A stretch of DNA of 64,000 bases, taken from assembly GCA_964199315.1 (NCBI GenBank), contig OZ116699.1:14446001-14510000 (forward strand). The letters are read 5' to 3'. Shown piece after piece: positions 54,201 through 64,000 of this stretch. The position numbers and the translations under genes were made by a program. The notes beneath the pieces are model-generated. The model saw nothing but the letters and a program-made list of their open reading frames with translations, searched no databases and was not told the origin of the DNA. This DNA comes from Orbicella franksi. Taxonomy: Eukaryota. Numbering within the stretch: the first letter of the stretch is position 1; the number at the start of each line of letters is the position of its first letter.

Positions 54201-57200
54201 GATGCCAAGTAGCTTTGAAGGGGATTATCTCTTTCTGACAGCTAGAAATAATATATTTGTGCAGGACTGTCCATCTTCATCTGCCTAAGCAGAATACTAA
54301 ACTTCAGTGAAAATGTGACGTGTTACTCAACTCGTACTCCGCTACGAATCAAACCGGTACTGAAACAGTTTTCGCCAGTTCAACTGTAAGTCCTGTAAGT
54401 CAAGGTATATCATCGTTTCCTCCTAGTTAAGTCAGTCTGAAACCTTTCAAAATCTAACCGCAACCTTTTTTTTAGTGTTTCCGTTTTCGCTTTCCTGCTT
54501 ATTCAAGTTATCTATTGAGTAACAGAAATGTTTGATCATCCAAGTGAATTCAGTTGTGAAATCATTCATACAAGAGCTTTCACCAATATTGTAGGCCTCC
54601 TATACCTGACATGGCACGACGCGGAATAGTCATCCTTGAGCGACGAAACAATAGAAACACCCCTAAAGGAAATACAAAAAGCAGGTCCAAATCGGGGCAA
54701 TTGTAATGCTTTAGCAGAGTAGGTCGACCATTGAGACATTTCAAGCAGTTTTCGCATGTAGTTGGGGTTTCGCAAACTCGCAAGTCATCAGTGTATTCTC
54801 TGACTTGTCTGTGGTTCTTTTAAAATGTTATCGCTTTGTCAATAATTGACCTAGTGTACTGAAACTTTGTAGTTGTACTGATTTGGACAAGTCCTTCGCA
54901 TTACTGGGAGTATTGTTCTAGTTGCTGAGCGTTTTGGGGTACATTATCGTCATGGCATCATTTTACAGGGGTCGAATCTACATTACGTTTCCCACAATAT
55001 TATATCGCTGGTGTAATTATGCCCGCGGCCACGGGAAAGACAGGCGCCTCTTTCCTTGATTTGAGAGGCATAATTCAATAAGCGTGACACAAGGACCCAA
55101 GGACCTTGATAGTGTTTGAACTTCCTTCTAGAAGTGCGTGGCAGGTGTGATGTTAACGTTTGTTTGTTCATATCAGTATTCACTTTACCCTCTTATTCAT
55201 CGCGACTTGAAAACAAGAAAAAAAACAACAACCATACGATTAAAGCCGCATGAATAAAAACTGAGTTTTGTCGTTCAGTGATATTGTGCTTTTATTACCA
55301 GTAGAACAACAACACATTAATCTACATGCATACGCTTTAATTATGCTTTTTATTCCCGTTGCCTCGATTTCCATGGAGGCAGTGCTCTGTGTTGGCGTAC
55401 ACCTTACTCAGTAATTCTTTTAATAGACTGGTGCCGAGAATCTTTACGTGAACATAACTGCGGCTTTCTGAAAAGAATTTCTTTATACAATGATGGCAAC
55501 ATTTAATGAGCCAGTCGCCAAATTACTACTCTGAGTAGTTTGAATTTGTCATAGCAGACGTCAGGCTATTAGTTTTCCATTGGCAGTCTATGTGTGAGCC
55601 GGATTCTATATACTAGTAAATCCAACTTATTTTCTTCTTTTAAAAGGTACCTTGCAATAACTTGAATACAAGACTGTCGATGTATACAAATAGTTTAAGA
55701 GGTACAATTCTGTGAGACTGTTCCTCCTTTGAAACGACTGGCATACAACTATGCTTTGATTTGCTTTTTGGGGGACCCTATAGTAAGAACTGGTGTTGGA
55801 GATGAGATCCAAAATTCAATCTCAGTCTTTATGTTGTTGAGAAATGAAGTACCACAAAGTGCATCACTCATTAATTATTCGCGATGATTTCCTTCCCTTG
55901 AAAACTCTCATGTTCAGAAACATTTATTTCTCATTGCCTTGGAATCTGGCAGGCAGAGAGTCTATCTTTCTCACCCAGCCGTGTTGTTTACTTCGAAATC
56001 GCGTGACGATCAGAACGGTAGCGTGCACTGAACTCTTTGCGAAGCCGATATATACAGTCTCCTCTGTATCACTTAACTGAATACGAATCGTTAAGTTGTT
56101 TACTAGACAGTGAGCAGTGTTTCCGTGACTTGCCTGTGTCTTCATTCGTGCAGTTGAGTGTGATTTGAACGGAGAACAGTGGGACAAAAATGGGCGCGTG
56201 CGGGGTCTCGTGCGCAGAGTTGTAAACGTCTAATATATGCTGTATGCTATGACCTAAGTGATTTGAGTGTTCTTTTGGTATTTCATCACCTTCTACTTGT
56301 TTATCAGCCAGCCCGGCGCTAATCAGAGTCGTCCTGTTGGTAGAAATACCCTCTTTCCCTCTTTCATGTTTGACAAAAGCTTCGTGTCTTTCATGAAATC
56401 CGTCGGGCGTCTTTACTGTGCGTTATTTCTCATGAGCTATTCAGTCACATCTTGAAATTGGTACTATCGAAAAGAAAAATGCAATTCACACAAGCATTGT
56501 TGGGTAACCAATTAAAAAGAAACACTGCCGTTGTCGGGTGTTATAGTTGTAGAAAGTTAGTTCTAAATTGATCTAAGACTATCAGACCCTAACTGAAACT
56601 GTTATTCATTTATTATACATTTTTTACATTTACGTTTTTTAAAATACTAAGTTTTAAAGGTTATGGTGCTGTTCTGTTTCAAACAACGTTTGAACAGTGA
56701 CGGGACTTGGTAATTAAGTGGAATTTAGGGATCTCAGATATTTAATTTTAGTTCTATTAACAAAACAAATGTTACCTTTAATTTTATTCCAAGCAGTTCT
56801 AGTCCTTATTAGTTCCTTAGTTTGATCGAGGTCTGTGAATTTAACTACTTTCTATTGCTTGGTAATTCAACTGTAACAATTTAGAAATAGACCTAAATCT
56901 GTGATGCTTAACCTAAAGAAAGGAGCAATGACAAATACTAGACGTAATCGCTAATACTGTGTGTGCGAATTACCCAGTTCAGTTAAGGTCAGGTTTTTGT
57001 CAGTTTCCACAATAGTTTGATAAAACAAGACCATCTTTTTAGATTTTGGCGAAAACTAGGTGCAAACATGCTGCATCCTAACTTATAATTGTGCACTTTA
57101 TAGGCACTTTTTCAACATCGGAATGTTTCAGTGTGGCAAAAATTATCTGGATTATGGGAGCGACAGGATTTGAATGGGAAAGGTTTTTTTTTTTAATCTT

Positions 57201-57334
57201 CTTATAATTCAAATTCTTGTTATTACAGCTAATGCACCCTACACGATTCATCCTCTCGACCATTGTTTTCACAACATGGTGTCTCACGCCTTCGACTAGA
57301 AAAATGCCATACATTCAGCAGTGTCGACCGAGCA

Positions 57335-57480
57335 CAAGGTCATATGATGGGATATTGGCCAAGTTCTATTTCAGCGAGTGTTATTGACTGAGACGAAGTT
57401 CTATGTTAAGAAACACGCAAAGAGAGAACGAGGTCAACATCAGCCACGCCATCTTGACTAAGAAAACTTGGCCAAGTAGA
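57335..57480. repeat. Degenerate copy of a quasi-palindromic interspersed repeat
   Basis: GGATATTGGCCAAGTTCT ... GAGACGAAG ... GAACGAGGTCAACATCAGCC..CATCTTGAC; recognised from memory as an anthozoan repeat family, not verified. Confidence 0.45.
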
Positions 57481-60400
57481 TGATTTCGTGTTATAGTTAA
57501 AAGAGCCAACTACGATAACAAAAATGTTGTCTCGATGCTACGCCAAAAATGTTGCGGGGTTTATCGATGCTCAGTAGAAAAAAAATTGAAGGACAGCCCA
57601 CCATACTTAGATAGATTCCCAATAATAAAACAGAAGGTGGTAAAGGGGCCCCTAGAGAGACAACTCCACATACATTTGTTCAATTTCGTAAAAAAGGTCC
57701 AACTCGGAGCCGTTTTTAAGTATGCTCAGACGTCGACAAGTGTTTTTTTTTAATCAGCAATTCTTTAATTAATAAATGAGGATCTAGCAAAAGCTTCGCA
57801 AATGATACGAATGCGATGCTCTTGTGTGGGAAACTTTATTGTTGTCAGTACAGTAGAAGACTGAGGTGTAAATACTCCGCATTTGTTCAACTGCCAGGAC
57901 ACCTCGACTTCAAAATTTATCTACCAGAAATGACTGAGTCCTCGTATTAAATACAAGGAATAATGATAGCAATAAAAAAATGTTTGTATACTCCACGAGC
58001 AACATGTGCGGAACAGCCTAACTCGCCAATTTACCCGCCGCTTAGCAGAATAGACCTTCTTCCATCGCTTTAATACCGCTCCGTTAGCCAATCAAATCAA
58101 AGGATTTCATTCCCCGGCCGGGCGACAGACAAGCGGATAATAGCAGTTATTTTATGGCCGTCACTCCCCGAGGGAAGGAACGTTCGGAATCTGTGCTTGC
58201 GATCTTGAACATGATTTCCCTTATAACCATCCTCTTAATTCTTAATTTTACCCTTGACGATATGTGCGGATTTAAAAAGGAAAATTAGCAGAGGGAAAGT
58301 GGAGAACTGTAGATGTACATGTAACGCGATTCATCAATGAAACGGTACTTCAATTCTTCACTTTGTACGAAACGTCGCATTGCCTGTTTCACTGACCTTT
58401 TCAATTGACTTTAGAAGGGACTAAATAATCCTACAAACCAAACTTGGTCGACAAAATAGAAATGTCCAGAAAAGCGTTCGTTCTTGAATTTCACGAAACT
58501 CAATCCGTTCTTAATAGTTTGGTCTTGTACAAAAAAGGACAATGACTAGGCAGAATTTGTAATACAATAATGGCCTTGGTTGAATGGCATGTTCTGGAAT
58601 TTTGATCCAATTTTGACAAAGTTAACATGCTTTGTTGTAGAAGCGCTCGCTTGGGAAACTTTGTACGTATTCAGCTATAAGTACGCGGTGGTTGATTTGT
58701 CCCAAAACGTCCAGGGCATATCTTACTTGCTTTATAGCTATGCAGTTGTTTGGCTTTGCTTGTGCGTCATAGTATTTTCGATTTAAATAATTTGTAGTCC
58801 CTTTTCTTTATCTACTAGAAATTTCTCCAGCGGATTAATCACCAGCTTGGTAGTTTGGAAATTTGTCAAGGAGCCCCTGAGAAACTCTCCCAGCAAATGA
58901 TTTATTGGCGATAGATTTTCAACAGCTTAACATGACTGTCTTTATGAGAACTGCTTATATCGCCTTAAATTAATTACAGCTTTGTTTTTTTTTCTACGCC
59001 GCTGTCAACGTTTTGGTCTGTTTCTCAGCATGTTTATCACGTGAAACTGTTTTCGTACTTGAGACTTTTTGCCGTTGTCAAAAGCTTATCTGAATTCTAC
59101 TGAAAAGACGTAAGACGTAATTTTTGCTTTGTTTACATGTGTCTTGTGGTTCATCTAATCGCTTGTGGATTCTAGAAAACGCGGATGATGATAAGATCCT
59201 CGGTTATCTTTGTTGACAGTGTTAAACGCTGAATATTTACTCTGGCCAAACACGAGGATCACTCACATGTTACTCTTGTCAGTCTTTCAATGGAATTTGA
59301 CTGTCTAACGTTTGGCTTTATACCGATGTCATGGTTATTAGCATTGAAATACTTTACACCCGCCCTGGAGCTTTATATTTTGGTGAAGCTTGAGACATTG
59401 TTAATTTTGTAATGTTACACAGACCAGTGGCTACTTCGATACCGAGAGAATTTCCAATTGTCATTGAATATATTTGGAGAGGTAGCATCCAGCTAGGCCA
59501 AAGTTTTACAAAATTACCAAGAATGTTTAAATAAAACAATTGTAGTTCAACGAAGAAACCTTTACCTCACGTGGGCGGAATTTATGTAAAAACACTGATC
59601 CCATATGCTTTCGTTGAGGGAAAGAAATTGAAGAAACGAGACATCGGTTGATATTCATATTTTCAAAAGATTGCCAACCTAGCACCACTTGCTTGTATTT
59701 TCATTCGTTTGTTGTATTGATATGATTCGTTAATTGTTTTGTTATTCGCGGAGATAGTCAATCTTTATCATGGGTAAATATAGACTAATCTACAAACCAA
59801 CTCCACAGACTGCTCAGAGAATATGCCACCATTATGCTATACTTTGTTATCTCGCAGCCATTGTATTTACACTGTTTGATCTGAAATCTTTTGTTTGATT
59901 AGCACTTGAATAGAAGTAGTTTTCTTTTTATATAGCAGTGCCGTAAATTTCGTCTGTTAATCATTACTCAGTGTGAAAAGTTCTGAACAGAACGTACGGA
60001 ATTGTCATGGTAAACTTTTTGTTGGGACGCAGTAGCCAGTAGGCGTCGCCAATGACCCGTGCATCTGACAACCCTCACGTTCAACTTGCGAACATCCTTC
60101 CTGTCGATGTCATAAAACTGCCCAAAAGATTCACAACAAATGCTCAGGGGTTAAAGATCGTGTAACACAATTGATGTTAGGCTTGTACCAACCAAGATCA
60201 AATGGGAATGAAAAAAAGAAACCCTTTCCCTTCAATAGTACTTTTTAACTGTTTACACTTAAGCGCTACGTAATTTTTCACGACAATAAGAAGAAATTTG
60301 AACTTTTACCAGTGACTTCTTCTCTTTAGACTCTCCTATATTGCAACTTGCATCGTCACCCCCGATCCACTCAAAGCGTGATAATAGAGGTTCAATTCTT

Positions 60401-63239
60401 GATTTACCACTTAGACAAATGACGTTGTTGATAATAAAATACACACAGGAAAAGTCTTTGAGAAAGGTACCACATTAGTCAAAATTGAGCGTGAGAACGA
60501 GAACAATTTTTAATGGCATGCAGTAATGGAAGTAATAACACAGGTCGTTTCCGGAAGTAATTCATGCAACAACATAAGTCGGTTTTTCCTGTTGATATTG
60601 GAAACAAGATTTGTATCATTAGGAGGGAATTTTGATTAGAGACAACGAATGATGTGGGAAAGTTGTTACACCTGAAGAACTTTAGTGTGGCTCTTGCACG
60701 AAATGTGTTTCGCGTTAACTAAATAACAGATCTGTATAGTGACGTCTGAAATCCTTTATAAATTAACTGAGTTAGCCTCGTAAGAGTTGGGTTTTGTTTT
60801 TGTTCTGTTTTCTTATCGGGAAGTTTCATTTCTTAACAACAATAGTTTTGTTCCGAGGTCATTAAAATGATAAGGTGCAGTCGAAAATTGCGATTTCACT
60901 CTGGATACCGCACTTTAAAACCACACCATTAGACTAACCACTACGGAGAACATGCAATAGCTTTGTTTACAAGGACGTCCACTTCTTCAGAACTAAAGAA
61001 AGAATCCGATTAAGTTAAGTATCTGCCCGCAATTGAATTCCTGCAGTAATGAGCCATTTTATGAATACTTTACAATTAAAGGAAACCCCGCTCAAACTGT
61101 ACACAAATGCTCAATTTTTAATTTTTTAACCATACTATTTCCAAAAGGGGTGGTAAACATTTCGTGCTTCTGTTTTTCCACACATCCTAAGGTTCCATAC
61201 TACTAGTAAAGCCTATATAAGACCGGGAATCTTAAAATTGTCAACATACTGAGGTTGCGAGCTATATCTTCTTGTCTCGTGATGGTAAAATCAGAAGAGG
61301 AAAACATGTTTTCGTGACTTTTGCTGTCGCGTGTGTTTCCCGGGAGCCAGTGACGTCAACGCTGTCGCCACACCGGACCTTAGTGTTGCAGTATTGGTCT
61401 CCTTAGAAGCGTTTGGCTTCTGACGTCTCCAACAGCTCGTGACAATTTCCCGGTTAAGCAATTAATCCTTTTTACAGTAGTTAAAAATCACGAATTCCAT
61501 TTTCTTTATCTTGTTCATTGGTTTTGTAGGTGGGATTCAAAACAGCATCTTGATGACGTGCTTTTCTAGCGTGTCCTACGTACTCTCGAGTTGATACCGA
61601 AAACGGCCTCGATAGCCTATAACCAAAACAAAAACAAGTGTATGCTTCGCGTACAACGCTTCATTTACGATGTCGTGACTAGCTGCAGGTTCCAAGCGAA
61701 ATTCTTTTCATTCCTTTTCGCAAAGTATGTGTTCTTTGAATAGATTGCTATTTCGATTATTGCGATTAGTTGTTCTTAGATTATTTTGATCTCAAGGAAA
61801 ACCAGCGGACCAAAAAAGATAAAAAAAAAGAAGAAATGATATTTAGTTGATGTTCTGTTTTAACGATGAGACATTTCATTAGTGGTTTCCGCAGGCACGG
61901 ATCTAATACAGTTAATAAGTGAGGTTAATGCCTGTATGAAAGAGAGATAAATTTGCACTTGCATACCTTCAGCTAACGTTGTGGTAATTCATGTATTTTC
62001 ATTGGGACTCAAGCCACCTTACATCATCATTGCTGGCGCAGGGTCAAGCGTCATTTTCATGCTTTGATCGTTGTAGAATCATTCTTCAGTACGTGAAAAC
62101 GTAGTTCTTCGCAAATTGGTCGGTCGAGTAATCTAGAGACACTATTAACCAATAAACTAGAAAACAAGCTATATCTGTTTGTTTACTTTTATTTTTATCG
62201 AAGTCCAGTGCCAGAGAGGTAGAACAAAGAACAGTGAGAGGGCACAAATAATGTCTTTTTAATGATGCTCTCTTCCGGCTATCCCTCCCTTCTGTGCCGA
62301 ATTAGTAGTAATGTCTCGTGTGTTGAAAATTGGTGTGAGACAAAACTTTCTTAGTCCCTCTGACCTTGAATGGGTCCATTGCTTAATTATTCCACCACGG
62401 TACAAATTGGTAAGTCCAAATCTAACGGCACAAGATGGGGCTGGCACACATTGACGCAAAGGAGGGAAAAAGGCTTCTCCCATATGTTTAAATTTTCCTA
62501 AAGTATAAACATCTCTTACAATATTGTTAGCCTCATTGCTCAAAAACTCTATCAAAAGCAGAAGTTACTTAAGTGGCTTCACTTATGTAGGTTTAAATCA
62601 TAACGTTTTTGCAACACGACCCATAGCGTAATAAAGGTTTGTGGCACAGTTTCCGAACAGCTTGATATAACGATATATTTCTTAGGTTCTAAACAAGGCC
62701 TGATTACTTGGCGCAATTTTGAACGATCTTAACAGTTGAATTTTCAAAGGTAGTAAATCTATAAAGTTTTTTTGTTTTTTGCTTTAGTTCTTCGTCTTTC
62801 GTCAAGTTGAAAGTCTGATCTTTTCTTATCTAGTAGATCGTTGAAAACAACCTGTCTTTCTCCACAAGTCAGCTCAGGACTATGTCTTTCCCTTTGCCAT
62901 GTTCTGTTCTCTTTGGGTCTACCCTCGGGCACCCGTGCTTTCTTTGGTGCTGAACATTTACTAATTCCATTTTAAAAAAAAATCAATTTTCTGGCACAGA
63001 CGAGGCTTGAAAATGGGTTCAAAGCGATTGCCATTCTTCTATGGTAATGTGTTTCTTCCCCTTTTCTTTGCCCCACCGCCGGTTTGTCAGTTCAACGGGG
63101 TGATTACATAATGGGGTAGGACATTTCCTTTTGTGTATTCTGTTGTGGCTTTGATAATATCTGTTTATTTGTACAGTTATGAGTTATCAGAAGTTATGAA
63201 TTCGGCCCGGTACTGGTAGTTAAATAAAATCAGTTCTTG

Positions 63240-63360
63240 TTCCGGTACAAAAAGTCGTACTAGGGTTTGTAAAGAAAAGAGTCACACTGACCCGTTTCTT
63301 TGCGCATGGTTACTGGTTTGTGAAAAATACGATAAGTACTCTCACTAGTTTGTACCGGAA
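63240..63360. repeat. Short inverted-repeat element remnant
   Basis: TTCCGGTACAAA (63240-63251) / TTTGTACCGGAA (63349-63360), perfect 12-bp inverted repeat. Confidence 0.45.
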
Positions 63361-64000
63361 TTAACCCTGGACCTTACAAATGATACGGGTTACATGGGCA
63401 AATTTTTAATGTGGAATTACATTCAGTTTTTTACCATAATGGAGATACCACCGGTAGGTAACGTTCCGATGTAGACTTCTGTCTTCAAACTTGGTCGATA
63501 TAGTTTCAAAAGTGACATCACCGAGACTTAATTAGGGTACACAGAAATTTGCTAGAACATTGTTTAATTTGGAGCAAACGAAGGTGTCCGATAATGTAGT
63601 GTTAATCTTCGTTTGCAAGATCGTTGACTAGCATCTTTTCCTTTAGTCGTTAAGTAGCTCTTGACCTCACTTTGAATCAAATCATAATCTTCCGTGCATC
63701 CCGAATCAAGCAATATCAAACACGCTTCGTGAAATAGAGTACGTGTACATTGTAGAAATGTAGTGTTTCGTATTACGCATATACAAGAAGACGTTCTTCA
63801 GCAGAACAAGATTTTAATTGTTTGAAACTTGAGCTTTCGAATTTTCATGAAGAGTACCGTTGTGTGGTTAATATCATAATGGGTCGTAATATTCTGGACG
63901 TGTGATTAACACTGATTTGCGTGCTTCAAGAAGCGAAGCTAACAACAATCATAACAAACGACTGCACGCAATCAAAACGGGGGATGTTCAATATAGCCTT

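Noticed and set aside
54580-54783. Cys-rich minus-strand ORF (CETPTTCENCLKC)
   Set aside because: Short, non-ATG start, no splice support, and no zinc-finger spacing I can recognise.

Overview
Animal genomic DNA, most likely a scleractinian coral or other anthozoan (inferred from the repeat families and the NK gene pair). Left part (0.5-23.4 kb, + strand): a BTBD16-like BTB/BACK gene. I rebuilt it by hand as 19 phase-consistent GT-AG exons (about 568 aa from Met547; the true 5' end probably lies left of the window). Its introns are crowded with mobile DNA. The largest item is a 6.7-kb nest: a TA-flanked pogo/Tigger (DD30D) transposon carrying a second, divergently oriented, decayed HIRAN-like ORF, with an internally deleted Bel/Pao LTR element inserted between the two ORFs. 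There are also piggyBac-, Kolobok-, hAT5- and pogo-type MITE candidates and tRNA-derived SINEs. Right part (- strand): a tandem NK4 (tinman/NKX2-5 class; 48011-46655) then NK3 (bagpipe/NKX3-2; 43577-42709) homeobox pair, inside about 13 kb + 16 kb of repeat-poor, CpG-retaining non-coding DNA. An unexplained 4.2-kb block (25.2-29.4 kb) begins with a CpG-rich promoter-like segment and a splice donor. Most notable observations: (1) the two-gene pogo + HIRAN-like transposon; (2) a sharp CpG-depletion boundary inside BTBD16, with the octamer TACATGTA almost confined to the CpG-poor domains; (3) inverted SINEs flanking a 402-nt frame-symmetric exon block; (4) BTBD16-NK linkage that parallels human 10q26. 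No bona fide tRNA/rRNA genes or CRISPR arrays were seen. All homology calls and counts were made by eye, with no database searches.
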